DNA of 63,672 nucleotides, counting the filler, from Choristocarpus tenellus KU-1152 (lineage: Eukaryota > Protista > Phaeophyceae), in the NCBI GenBank assembly GCA_964200185.2. It is 11 parts of 11 records of this genome, joined end to end, with 100 filler letters (N's around TTAATTAATTAA, not from the genome) between each part and the next. Parts side by side here need not be neighbours in the genome. Positions count along the whole stretch, not along the records: positions 8,947 to 15,024 come from CAXNAD020008996.1; positions 15,125 to 19,964 come from CAXNAD020012849.1; positions 20,065 to 26,579 come from CAXNAD020007965.1; 8 more parts are not named here. One strand, given 5' to 3'. The notes below the pieces were generated by a model. The model saw only the letters and a list, made by a program, of their open reading frames with translations, did no database searches and had not been told where the DNA came from. Numbering within the stretch: the first letter of the stretch is position 1; the number at the start of each line of letters is the position of its first letter. Shown one piece after another: positions 12,030-24,773 of the stretch. The position numbers and the translations under genes were made by a program.

Positions 12030-14378
12030 GCCATTGAGATCATCCAGCGGAATGAGAGGGGGAGACAAGGGAAGCAAAGGGCGTTGCTGGTGAGGGAACT
12101 GCGTGAGGACGAAAAGAAGCGTCGCAAATACGATGCCACTGATCAGCTGGAGATGGACCCTGATATAGCCGCTGCCAACATCCAGGCAAGGCTCGAATTA
12201 TCTGGGAGGGGGTGGTGGCTGTCCATTTGGGGCAATTTTTCATGTCGCGAATTTTGGGTGATTTTGTTGGATACGTCGGATGGGTAATGAAAATACATTT
12301 CTCCTAGTTATGGCCCAAATGGACACCTTGGTGTAGACCCTCCCCCCCCCCCCCAGTTACTTTGGGTCCAACGTCAAAGATATTCTCTTTAATTCTATAC
12401 TCCCAACAAATTGTCTATGTCGATCCAATGCAGTGCAGGGAGCGAAGGCTGGGGAAGGGGTACCAAATATCCAACACACATTAAGCATTTGTGTATCCAC
12501 TGCCTGCACTTGGTCGCATTTCGGGTGCTAAAATACATGACGTGAACAAAATCCTAGAATGTCTTTGAATCTTTGCAACAAATTCAACCAATTTGTTGCA
12601 GTTGCTGTAAAACAAGGTATCCGCATTCCTTTCTTTGGTACTGTTCAATACTTCATGGGTGACTTGTCTCTCCTCCTCCTCCTCCTCCTCCTCATCTTCA
12701 TCCTCACCCTCACCCTCTTTTTGTGACTTGAGGATTTCCTTCTATAGTTCAATGAAACTGCGACCAAAGATAAAATTATAAGACTGTGACTGACCTACCA
12801 CGAAATGGGCTTAAGTCCTGTGAACTCTGGTGGAGCCATTGCCAGGACTGCTTAATTTATTCAAGTCAATTTCTACAACTGTTCCTGCATTTCTGTAGAG
12901 ATGTCACATTCCATCTGCTGGGGGGTCATTTGATAGGTACTATACACTTCATTCCTGCGTTACTATACCAATATACAATCACCACCAACAACAACCTGGC
13001 TTTCAAAATCTAAAATGTTATCCCAAGTGGAAGCACTATCATTGCTCTTTGTCATGCACATTGACAGGAGCAACTTTGTTGCAGTGTGTTGGTGGAATTA
13101 TTGCAGTTTAAACACTGAAAAAGTTGCTAATATCTGATAAAGTGATTTGAGGAGCAACAGAGGCAATAGATACTGAATCGCATAGGTACTCGTAGGATCT
13201 ACCCTTCTAACCCAGTACTATACAAAGCAGTCCAAAGATAGGCAGAAGTTAAGATTATTGACAGAGTTGTCAAGATGATCCGGGCATACCTTTAACCATC
13301 CGTTTCTGGTAGTGGTTATCCCTGAAAAAGTTCCCAGGACTCAATGTCTGTTTCTGATAAATTTGTACTTGGAAGTACTTGGTTGACATAAATGCTATTG
13401 AAGTGGTATCGATAAAGGGTGCATTGAAATGGTGTAAATACCCGACTACTTCCAGGAGCTCAACCCAGGAAGCTGAGCCTAACACCTTCTCACTACATAC
13501 GTCCTACCCAATTTCTACCCACTCCTCTCATAAAAGCCCTTTGTTCCCTCTGATGATTATACCCCTTCCTTCTATGTCTATCGCCCCTCATAGTATCACA
13601 AGTTCTCCTTCCAAAACTCCTCTTCCACTTGCAAAATCCCCACCAAAGCCCCCATGTACAGTATCAAACCCCTGCTCCCCTCCTCCCTGCTCCGCTCATA
13701 TCATCCAAACTCAACATGGCATTGCAGCGCCTTTTTCGAGGTTTTGCAGCAAGAAAGGTTGCTCTTGAAGAACGTGAGAATGAGATGATCTACATTGGCA
13801 TGATACCTGCTGGAGTGACCGATAAAGAGCTAAAGCGTGAGATGGACATAGCATATCGAAAGCGGAAGCAAGAACAAGTGAGCCAGCGACATAACCCATT
13901 CTCTCTTACCATCCACTGGCGTTATCAGCACCCAACAATGAGAGGAGACAAAAGAAAAAATTTTGAAGACAAACTTTGCCAAGTGGCTCGAAGTATCTGG
14001 AAGGGGGTGGTGGCTGTCCATTTGGGGCAATTTTTTGATTTCGCGAATTTTGGGTGATTTGGTTGCATACGTCAGATGAATAATATAAGTGCACTCTTCC
14101 TGGTTATGGCCCAAATGGACACCTTGGTGTAGACCCTCCCCCTCCCCCAGATACTTTGGGTCAGTCTACCGGTTGTGCTCAGTTATCCACTATACCCTTG
14201 AAGTGCAATGCACATACTTGATATTTCCTTCAAGTCCCTCCAGCCCTTCTTACCCACCCCTTGCACACATCCAATCAAATTTCCTCTGCCTTCATGCTCA
14301 TCGGCTCCCCTACAGGTAGACAACAGAGACGCATATGAACAGGCACTAGAAGATCTCAAGGATGTCGTCATGGAGGAG
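12030..14378 (+). CDS. DRC11: IQ and AAA domain protein / dynein regulatory complex subunit 11, three internal exons
   Basis: Phase-0 exons 12030-12185 (AIEIIQRNERGRQGKQRALLVRELRE...AAANIQ; GC donor), 13728-13877 (RLFRGFAARKVALEERENEMIYIGM...KQEQ) and 14316-14378 (VDNRDAYEQALEDLKDVVMEE). The join rebuilds an IQ motif (IQRLFRGFAARK) and resembles the IQCA1 pattern ERxRQG...IQ...EEMIFLGM...YxEAL. All acceptors are CAG. Confidence 0.88.
12190..12368 (+). mobile_element. MITE family A, full copy, TSD CAA
   Basis: TIRs GGCTCGAATTATCTGG / CCAGTTACTTTGGGTC. CAA at 12187-12189 and 12369-12371. Confidence 0.9.
13030..13490 (-). mobile_element. Possible hAT C-terminal dimerisation-domain remnant in a DRC11 intron
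   Basis: Weak relics (..YWVRR.., FSV...IPPTHCNKVAPVNV) resembling WW...P.L / FS...RNRL.P.NV. Confidence 0.35.
13985..14162 (+). mobile_element. MITE family A, full copy, TSD AGT
   Basis: TIRs GGCTCGAAGTATCTGG / CCAGATACTTTGGGTC, with AGT on both flanks. Confidence 0.92.
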
Positions 14379-15719
14379 GTAGGCCAGGCAGATGGCTCTT
14401 GCATTGATTAGGTAGGGAGATGAGGTCAGGAGAAGGAGATAGAGAAAGGAAAGCAACAATTTCGAAATTGATTACTTTGATGTGTTATTCGTCTGCTTGT
14501 GTCCTTGTAATTATTCTGTTCTGTATATATATATCATATACAATCATGCCATAATGACTAAGAAGCTTTCCTAGATCGAATTGTGCCATTCGAAACTTAC
14601 GAAGTAGACCATATTGAAGACAGTGACTAAATGAGCGAATCTAGTTACTCAAATTTGGGGTAGAGGGGGGGCGGATATAGCAGATGATGAGCCACCCACC
14701 TCCCAAAATAAATTTGAGTCGACGCAGAGCAATGGTTGAGACAGTGACCCAGGGAACGATAGCCTTGTGTGCAACGGTCTAGGATACTGCAGATCAAAGT
14801 GAGCCATAGCTCCACCATCAGTCAAAGAATAACTAATGCGAGTATTTTGAGGTATCAGTCTGCAAGACAGGCAATGCGCCAAGGCAAGTAATCAAATTTC
14901 TAGTCTAGTGCAGTGCGATGCAGATATTGCCCAGCTCACTCCTCTTAGATTTCTATCCAACGCCTAAGTACGTTTCAGCATCCATGCCAAGGTTAGGCCC
15001 GAAGTATCTGGAGGGGGGGGGGGGNNNNNNNNNNNNNNNNNNNNNNNNNNNNNNNNNNNNNNNNNNNNTTAATTAATTAANNNNNNNNNNNNNNNNNNNN
15101 NNNNNNNNNNNNNNNNNNNNNNNNCAAGCAATCTCGTCGGGTTTATCACCTTTATCCTCTTTGATGATTATGGGGATACTTTAACAGCACGCGGAACATT
15201 TTCGCACAACTGATCGCAAGACATGATATAAGCTACAAGGAGCTGAAGCGGGCATTGTCTCATCATCGCCATACCAACACAAAGTGGACCTGCCCCTTCG
15301 GTAACAATGGGAAGCTTGAGGCTGAATTGACAATATATATATGGTTCTGTAGACAACGAGTAGGAACTGGAGGTCAAGGGTGATACTTTAGTATGAACTT
15401 TGGTTACGTGGTATGCCATGCCGAATGTTAAGTACTCCAAAACTGTTACAAGGCAGAAAATTTATGGACTCCAAGAACAAGTTATATAAGGATTTCAGGG
15501 TAAGGTCCGCAGAAAAATCTGAAGAAATCGGGGGGAATCTCTACACCAGCATGAAATGCTCTGAAGAAAACTGAGAAGACGAATGATGGTATCATTTCCT
15601 AGGAAGAGTCGACTTTATCACTCACACAACATAGTACACAATAACACATCAGCCGTCAAACATCTACAAAAGAGTAAATTATTGAGGATCACAGACGTTA
15701 CGATGGCTTCAGAGATGAT

Positions 15720-17220
15720 GAGGTGCAAGACATGCAAGGAGCGCAAATCAAAGAAACTCAGCTACCAAAGGGGAGGTTGAAGCCCCAAACAGCCGGTGAG
15801 GTTACACACAAGGATCTGGCAGGACTCTTCGAACGGGGCATTACGGGACACAAATGCTTCCAGGTATTGCTGACGAGAGCAGCAGGAACAAGCAGATTTA
15901 CTGTTTTGAAGACCAGAGATGCAGCGACGGACGTAACCGTTGCCTACATTAACGAAATGGGAAGAAAAGGTGTAGTTGTGAAGTGCATTGGCGGGAATGG
16001 TGCAAGGGAATTTGGGAAATAAGTTCAACTCCAACACATGATGGCAAACAACGAGACGCGATGGAGGAAGTCGCCACCACACACACCCCAGAGCAACAGG
16101 ATCGCTGAACGGTCCGTTGAGTAACTAATGGAAGCTCCAAGGAGTCAACTGGTGAAAGAGGGACTTGGCGATGAGTACTGGTTCTTTGCCATAACGGACG
16201 TGCCATTCAAAACTGGAGAGATGCCAAACACCTTATTGGGGACACCATGCGAGCTCTCACTGGAAAGCCATTCAACTATGACAAGCTGAGAGTGTGGGGG
16301 GGTGAATGCTACGTACATCACCAGACAAAACAAAAGCGGGGAGCTTCATCGAAGTTCCACCCCTACGCCAAGATGGGACGGTAATGGGACACGAGTGAAC
16401 ATCACCATGCTGGCACGTACGGCTTCATCAGGAAGGCAAGCTAATCATTCAGCGCATGTAACCTTCGAAGCAGATGAGCGAACCGTGGACTTTGATGCGG
16501 AACATATCTCTCGAACTGAGTACGAGGAACAAGGCAAGTACGACACAATCGGGGAATCTGAGAAGGGTTCTATTGGCGACTCCAGCGACGTTGCAGAACC
16601 CCACAGACAAGCAACGTCGGCACCCGAGCACAACTCTCCTAAACGGAGATCCGCCAGAGACTGAGACAGCAACCCCCGGTGGACTACAGAGGTTTACATT
16701 CCAGGACGAGAAGAGACTTGTATGACAGCATAATCAACTTACTCCGGGCAAATATCGATGATGTATAGTGTTCAGTGGGTCTGGCAGTCAACACTACTTA
16801 CTCCATATCATCAAGAACCATCTTCCATGTCAGAAGCACTTGCGGGGCCTGACGTGGGATAAGGACAATCGGCACTGGAGAAGGAGATGGAGGGATAATG
16901 GATGAAGGGAATGTTCATAGAGGGAGAGATTCTGTAACGGGAGAAAAGAAACCTGTCAAGACTAAGTTTGTATTTAGTATGAAGTGGACAGCCGAAGGGA
17001 CCATCAAACGGTTCAAGGTCATGTTGGTAGTACAGGTCTTCACTCAACGGGAGGGTGTAGACTACTTCAACGCGTTCAGCCCAGTGGTTTGCTTCGAGGT
17101 AATCAGGACAGTGTTAACGACAGCAGCAGCTCGTAACTGGGAGATATTCTCACTGGATTTTACGAAAGCCTACCTTAGTGTTTATACCTGAGGACATGTG
17201 ATTACAACTGCCTGGTGGTA
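15720..17220 (+). mobile_element. Ty1/Copia LTR retrotransposon pol remnant (integrase and RT)
   Basis: Integrase fragments HKDLAG..., TPQSNRIAER. RT fragment KTKFVFSMKW...RFKVMLVVQVFTQREGVDYFNAFSPVV...SLDFTKAYL. Integrase precedes RT. Many stops and frameshifts. Confidence 0.92.
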
Positions 17221-17449
17221 TGATGGGAGTTGAAGCATTTTCTGTGTTCTTTTACTTCCACTCTCATGAGGGAGTGTGCAAAATACGACATGAATTACAG
17301 TAATGTGTAACTGAAAGCATGCAGGATCATGGTTCATATCTTAGTGGGATATTTATAAAGAATCAAGTCTGGGTTTGAAGTCCACATATTCGAGGCATTT
17401 TCTATATCTTGATTGAGTTTTTCCTAGATAGAAATGTTGTAAGTGCTTC

Positions 17450-19000
17450 TTTTTAGCGATTCCTTCTAGAAGGACCAGGTACTAAACCAAGCCCCGCCAT
17501 TTATAATAATATCACTATTCTCTTTTCAACCATGCATCACATTCAGCAAAGGGGAATCGTGTGAGGCTCCCATCACTTCTCCCTTCTTCGATGCTAACCC
17601 AACATGCTTACCGTGACTTCAGAAGTAAGGAGGGGTCCTAGTGCCCACCCCCAACCGAATCCCACAGTCTCTTCCTGGACCCTTTATTCAAGAAGAAATC
17701 CAGAAACTCCTGGAAGTCTTGCTGTTAACGTCTGTTAAAGCCGCTGAATGGGGTGTGCATATGGAGTAGGTATTTGGTCAAGTACGATGCCTTGAGAGTA
17801 TTGTACCACAACAACAAGGATATTGCATCAGAGGCAGGCAAACAGCTTAACTTTTATTCTTCTTTGTCATATGCTTTCATGCCATGTACAGGGGATGCCA
17901 CTGAGATCAATGATGAGAACAACAGAGCATGTGATGTGTAATTCAATCCTAGTTGATGATCCCACCCTGCTCCCTTCAAAATTTAACGAACGATATAGTC
18001 AGATTGACGATGTCCATCCAGTTGGCATCGGTATCGGGAAGGGCGTTGGGTGAATAGGAGATAGGCCAAACAGGTCCCACCCAGACTTTGAAATAGGGAA
18101 GCATACATATATGGACACATCAAGTAGAGGTTTGTGTCCACACCAAATGTTTATGAATGAGTATGAAATACAACACCATTTAAACGCACTCCGCAAAGAG
18201 AAGGGGAAAGCTGGGTTGACGTTCGGGGTATTTGCTGGATTGTGGATCTGGAGATAGATCCGACAATAGTGGAACAGGTAAGGAAATCTGTAGGAGTGCC
18301 AAAAACCAGCACACATGTATGATCCAGCAAACCATTTCGGAGGTCTTGGCGTAGTCCAATGAACGAATTGAAGCAGCCTCCTCAGTGAGCATGAAGGAGA
18401 ACCCATGCGGAAGTACGGATGAAGCTTTCCAACAGCAGATTACATTGCATGGGATAGTGGGCATTCCACAAGAAATTAACGCGGCATTGAGACTGCTATT
18501 AAATACATATATTTTTCCTCTGAAATTATTGCGTGCCAAAATGCCTTCCTGATAGATAGTACTCTGTGATTGTAATCCTTCTTAAATGTGGAATATATTG
18601 TGCAAGATAGTGGCACAACCTTCGCATTGAAAGCGGGAATGGACCAACCTCGGCACCTCCTCCACTAGATTTCCTGAGCTCATTGGGCTCGGGTCATCCC
18701 CCTGGGTCGCGAGGATCATGGCAGTTAAGTGGTTGAACACTGGAAGCATTCCGGGGTACAAGGGGTAGAGAAAACAATTGTTGTATGTCCCTCTCTATGC
18801 CCGAATCTCCATCAGGTCACATGTCCTAATAGGACAAGCACTCACATATGCGAGATTCCACAAATCCTACGCAATGCAGAAGTCATACACAAGGGGTCAA
18901 GCTCTACCCAATCTCATCATCACGTGGGCAGTTCAAAGCTACAAGGCTTTTCATCTCAAATCCGCCATGCACGTCAGCACCCAACACATCTGATACCTAC
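17450..19000 (+). mobile_element. Highly degraded Pif1-type helicase, probably a Helitron remnant
   Basis: Collinear motif relics: FLLEGPGTK (about 17460, Walker A-like), SILVDDPTLLP (about 17945, GDxxQLPP-like), YAM..IHK.GQALPNLII (about 18870-18920, YAxTxHKSQG-like), AMHVSTQH (YVALSR-like). Confidence 0.5.
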
Positions 19001-19754
19001 TCTAGTGTACGGGACCCATCTAGCTCCTTGAGTACGGTGAGTGGTACAGGGAAATAGTCTTGTGCAATTCTTGAAGATGAAACCGTGCAAAAAGATTCCA
19101 TAGAACTATCAACAATCCACATTATTCTTGAAATATCATGACATTACCAGACAGCCAACTGTCAATTCAAACAATAGTATATCAGCTGCAAGCACCTAGG
19201 AGTCGGCCAAACAAGGACGGTACAAATACCTTATCCTCCATGAATCTTCTTGTGCGGTACCAAGTCCCCTCCTAGCATAATGTTTCCTAAGATTTTTTTT
19301 TCAAATATGAGTAGCTAGACCGGCGAGATATGGGGCAACAAGAGTGCAAGGAAGAGTGATTAGAGATACTATACTAGTTTCTATCCTTCCACAACAAGTA
19401 CATGTTATTCATACTGGAACATTTTAGAAGAACGGCTATAGGTAGAGGGAGGTTCAACATTATGTATTTTGTGCAATGCAGACTACCTTATGTTGTTGTT
19501 GTATTTGCTGTATTCTCTGTTTCTCAAATGTTTAATGTCATCAAGAGCATCAAGTATTCAACGGCTATTCGGATAAATGCACTCTTTTCGTAGGATTCCT
19601 GCAGCACTTTAGAGAGCCCCCACCAACATCCGTCAGAGCTGCAGATTTGAGATTGTGGACCTTGTCGGATCATTTGATATATTCACATCTCTTTGAGATG
19701 TCAGATGGACACGAACAATGAATTGAAAAATGCCAAGGGTTTGGGTCACATTTA

Positions 19755-19925
19755 GGCTCGAAGTATCTAGAGGGGGGGGGGTGGCGGCTATCCATTCTGA
19801 GCCCATTTTTCCATGTCTCGATTTTTAGGTAATTTGGTTGCATGCATCGGATGGATAATGTAAGTGCACTTCTCCTGGTCAGGATCCAAAGGGACACCCT
19901 GGTGTAGACCCCACCCCCCCTCCCT
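19755..19925 (+). mobile_element. MITE family A, right TIR lost
   Basis: GGCTCGAAGTATCTAG-polyG...GACACCCTGGTGTAGACCCC. Confidence 0.88.
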
Positions 19926-20149
19926 ACGTGCTAGACACACTAAATATAATTTACAGATAAGTACNNNNNNNNNNNNNNNNNNNNNNNNNNNNNNNNNNNN
20001 NNNNNNNNTTAATTAATTAANNNNNNNNNNNNNNNNNNNNNNNNNNNNNNNNNNNNNNNNNNNNCTGAACAAAAGAGTGCTTCTAAGGTAGAGATGTGAG
20101 TCCTCATCAGAGCACAAGCGAGATTGAGATGTGCTGACATTACCTAGTC

Positions 20150-20770
20150 ATTAACTACCTATGACATTTATTGCCTACATCATCAATTACCTATGACATT
20201 TATTGCCTACATCATAAGTTTCCTATGACATTTATTACCATGCCACCAATTACCTGTAACGCTAGTTACCTATGCCATTAATTGCCTACATCATCAATTA
20301 CCTATGGCATTTATGACCTACATAACGAATTTCCTTTGACATTAGTTGTCTACATCATAAATTACGTATATCATCAATTACCTGTAACACTAGTTACCCA
20401 AGTCATGTATTACCTATATCATCAAACACCTATGACATCAATTGCTTACACTATTAATTTCCTATGTCACTAATTATGTATCAACACATCCGAATCACGG
20501 AGCACTCAGACAAGTCTTTTGTGGCACAAGAGTTCCTTGGCAAGCAGACTCTGGTCGTTGATGGTTGTTATGTGCAAGAATCTATTCTATTAATTTTCTA
20601 TTCTATTCATGTTCTATTCTATTCTATTCATCTTCTATTCTACTCATTTTATATTCTATTCTACTCATTTTATATTCTATTCATCTTCTATTCCATTCGT
20701 CTTCTATTCTATTCATTTTATATTATCTTCATCTTCTATTCCATTCATCTTCTATTCTATTCATATTCTA
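20150..20770. repeat. Degenerate ~33-bp minisatellite followed by a (TTCTA)-rich microsatellite
   Basis: ATTACCTATGACATTTATTGCCTACATCATCA variants at 20150-20480. TTCTA/TTCAT units at 20581-20770. Confidence 0.85.
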
Positions 20771-22930
20771 AACTTGTTTTGTTTTTTAATGTTTTTTATT
20801 TTATTTTGTGTAGACTTGTTGTACCTCTCCACTCACCTGCTATTATACGCATCTCGATGTAAAATATTTCTATAGTTTTTAAAAAATCGGAATTTTTACC
20901 AGTCCCGCATTAGGGTTAGGGTTTATCTGTGCGTTCCTGAAGCGCTCTCAGTGTATTTGCATAGAGCAGCGGTGTTTTTGTACTCCCCCCTCCCCCCAAC
21001 CGTACTTGTACCCTTTTTTGTCTTTTTTTGTCTTTTATTTTTATTTTTTCCACAGAAATGCCTCTGATTGAGAGAAAGGTCTTGAAGAAGAATGGCTTGT
21101 TCTAACTGGTGCCACAAGAGTCAAGATTGAGAGCACTCCTCGTATGGTCATTGTACATCATCTTCATCATTATTATTTATTATTTATTATTATTATCATC
21201 AACAATCAATCGCCCACATTGCAGCGAATTAAGATTTTTTTTTTTTGAGGAGTGAATCTTGCCTCACATACATTTCTTTTAACAGTCAGAGGCACTACAA
21301 ACTGGACTGCTGCTGCTTCTTTCTGACACTAAGTAGGACACTGTTGTAACTAAACGTAAGAATTTACCGGACACTTGTGCCAATATATGTATATATATAT
21401 GTATATATATGTAAAAAGAGGACTAGATAGGCACATTTCGGATGAAGCTCTCCTTCTCACACCTCTGAACACGAACAGCTTTTCCGTTCAAGTCTCTCAA
21501 CCGTTAGTGTCATCCTCTCCGTTACCTCTGACAGACAGGGTTAGGGCTACTCAGTCTTCCCTAACATTGGGGATTGTTCTCGGAACCGGTATCATTCATG
21601 CCCCTTTGTCAACACGGACCAATTGATGAGCAAAGGTTGATTGAGAAGGTTGATTGAGAAGGTTGATTGCCATCACAATGAGAACTGTCCTGCGATGCCT
21701 GTCGTCATCTCGTGAGGAACTGCTTCTTTGTCACTGAGATTCAGTTATGGAAATGTATTATATATGTATGTATTGCGTGGATTCCCCATCTTTATGGGGA
21801 GCTTCGGTGTTGTTTGATGGCACGAACATATTTATGTTCTTATTGGTGCTGCGTCTTTATTGTTCTGCTTCCTGATTCGTGCAGTGCCTCTGTAGATTGA
21901 CTGTGTTGAGGGGGTCTCATAGAACCTCCGAGGAAGGAATCTATGTGATGGTGCTTGCAGAGTAGCCATATTTGAACATGAATGGGTCTCGTAGAACCTT
22001 TGAGAAAGACTTCTGTCTGATGATGCTCAAGGAGTAGCCTATTTGATTCGGCTGAAGGGGCGGTCTCGTAGATCATTCAAGAAGGTTTCTATGTGATGCT
22101 GAATGAGTCAACATCTCTCATAACAAGCCTATGCGACCGATGCCACTTGATTTGATTTGATGTAACTAGACCACACAACCTGGTGGTCGCGGAGACCCTA
22201 ATGCCGCCCAACAGGTTACCAAAACCAAGAATTTTTATTTATTTATTCACTTCATGCACTTCTCAGCGGTTACATTTTCCTCTGTCCCATACGCTAATCG
22301 TAATAAACATTCAAACCCTAACCCTGACGTTCACCCATCGAATTTTGCACTCTTTTTTTTTTTTTTGAAGTGTGTGTAGCCGCATTCGATGCAGTTGTGA
22401 TTTTGACAACTCATGAGTAAGGGTAGATAGTTTTGTGTACCGACCATATACACACATGAATCAGAACGGTTATATGTGAATGTACGCATGTGTCATCTCA
22501 CTTTTAATAAAACACAACTAAATTAATCATCTGACCAGTGTTTTTTTTGTTTTTGATAGAATTAGAATGGAATAGAATAGCTGTAGTAAAAGTAAAAAGC
22601 GTTTATAATATTTTTTAGTATACCCTGCTCTGTGTTGTCAGTCGATGTCAATCGAGTTTTTTTTTTTTCTATTTTGATTTTTTTTTTTTTTAAAAAATAA
22701 TTGCTATCTTATTGCTGCTATAATTGTGTTCTAACTGGGTCATTATCGTTCTTTTCGTTCTGATAATACGTGCGTTCATTTAAAAGTCAACGATAAAAAA
22801 AAAAATTCGAAGAAAATGTCATATTTCATATTATTTCTCATCTTTCGAACCGGTCATTATTATTTTTATAAATCTTTTGTTCTGATATTAAATGTGTTTT
22901 TTTCTTTAAAAACAAAACAAAACAAAACAG

Positions 22931-24773
22931 GTGACTCGCTTCTGTCTCATTTGCAACTATGTCACTCGGATCATTGAGCCGCTGGCCTCACGGTGTGCCA
23001 AGTTCAGGTTCCGGGCGCTGGGTACGGCACCCATGCTGGACAGGCTGAGATACATTGCAGGCGAAGAACGGGTGAGTAGCATACTATAACAGGGAGACAT
23101 GGAGGGGAAAAAGAAGAGACCCCTGTTATAGTATGCCCATGGGAGAGGAGAGTGTGCCTGTGTACAACCCGTGTGTGAATGAGTACACTACAACCCGTGT
23201 GTGAATGAGTGTACGACCCGTGTGTGAATGAGTGTACGACCCGTGTGTGAATGTGTGTACAACCTGTGTGTGAATGAGTACACTACAACCCGTGTGTGAA
23301 TGTGTGTACAACCTGTGTGTGAATGAGTACACTACAACCCGTGTGTGGATGAGTGTACAACCCGTGTGTGAATGAGTGTACGACCTGTGTGTGAATGTGT
23401 GTACAACCTGTGTGTGAATGTGTGTACAACCTGTGTGTGATTGATTGGTGAGTCAATCAGGGACTGGATGTTGGGGCATGAATTTTTTTCTTTTTCTTTT
23501 TCTTTTTTCTTTTCACAAGAGGTTGTGGGTGCATGTAATTATTTTGCAACTGTAAGTATTGCATCATTTATTTGCAGGTGTATGTAAATTCCTCCGAGGT
23601 TTTAAGATCGCAAAGTACTTGTATTATTTGATGCACTTGGCAGGTCCGAAGTCAGCAATTGAAATATAATGGAGATGATCGTTGCTTTTTTGTATATTCT
23701 GTAGGATGTATGCCACTTATTATTATTTTTTTTTACTTTGTTCTATATAGTCACAGTTTCCTGCGATATGTTCCCTCTTGAAAAATATTTCCGCCTTTTT
23801 GAAACCTTGTGGACTGACAAAAATCTTCCTGTTTTATTGACGTAACACTTCCGAGTGATATCAACGAAATAAAAATATTGTTCATAGTTCAGATTTGGGG
23901 AGTAGGGGAAGTTGAACAACTAGGGAATCCTACTATCTGAGTGTGTAAGACTCAGACTGTTCTGTTGGTGGAAATGTTACCCTTTATTGCATGTTTCCCG
24001 ACCCTTGCTCTCTCCGTATATATGTACATGTATATGTCTGTCTGAGTCTATGTTTTTTCTTTGTTCCATGTCTGTGCCAATGTCTGGATCTTCCTGTTGG
24101 TCTTGTGGTATAGGCCATGAAGTTTGAAGGTGTGCCCTCAGGTAGACTTTCAGTAGGCCAGGTTGTGGCATGGGTCTTCAATAATTATTCTGAGAGACTC
24201 TGTACAGTGGTAGGCGATAGATGGTTTATGGCATTGTTAATACCATTCTAGTTTACTGGTATGTACTATATGTTATTAACATTAATAAATCTGGTGAAGA
24301 ACTCCGAGGCTTTTTTCGATGCAGTTATTGTTGTTATTGATTTATTGATGGTGGCTTTGGCTGGCATGATTGTTTTCCCAGTCCCCTGATGCAGACATAA
24401 ATAGAGAGAGAGACCTACATACGTTGTGGTTCGAGTAGTCAGTTTTAACTATCATTATTATTAATATTAACTATCATTAATATTAATATTTACTACAATC
24501 ATCTTATTATCATTTTTTTTATAGCGTGAATAAGCTGTTGAGATAATTCGAATTGTTTCCATAGTCTGGACAATCTCATCTACTTTGCCTGTTGTGTCAA
24601 TCACTCCGTCAATCAATCAATGAAATGAATTAATGAACCAATCACATAAATCAATCTATCAGGTAAATATCACTGATGCCGGTCTGGAGGCGGTAGTGGA
24701 TCTGTCAGGGGGTGATATGAGAAAAGCAGTGATGGCCATGCAGTCGGCATCACAGTTCTATGCTGGTGCAGAG
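22931..24773 (+). CDS. RFC4: Replication factor C small subunit (RFC4/yeast Rfc2 type), two internal exons
   Basis: Exon 22931-23071 VTRFCLICNYVTRIIEPLASRCAKFRF... carries the RFC SRC motif. Exon 24663-24773 VNITDAGLEAVVDLSGGDMRKAVMAMQSASQFYAGAE is followed by a GC donor (GAG|GCAAGT). Both are phase 0. Confidence 0.93.
23158..23440. repeat. 21/24-bp minisatellite in an RFC4 intron
   Basis: TACAACCCGTGTGTGAATGAGTG variants. Confidence 0.95.

Noticed and set aside
21440-21535. Box C/D snoRNA candidate with a CTCCGTTACC guide
   Set aside because: The C box is imperfect and the complementarity to 18S rRNA, as I recall it, is only partial.
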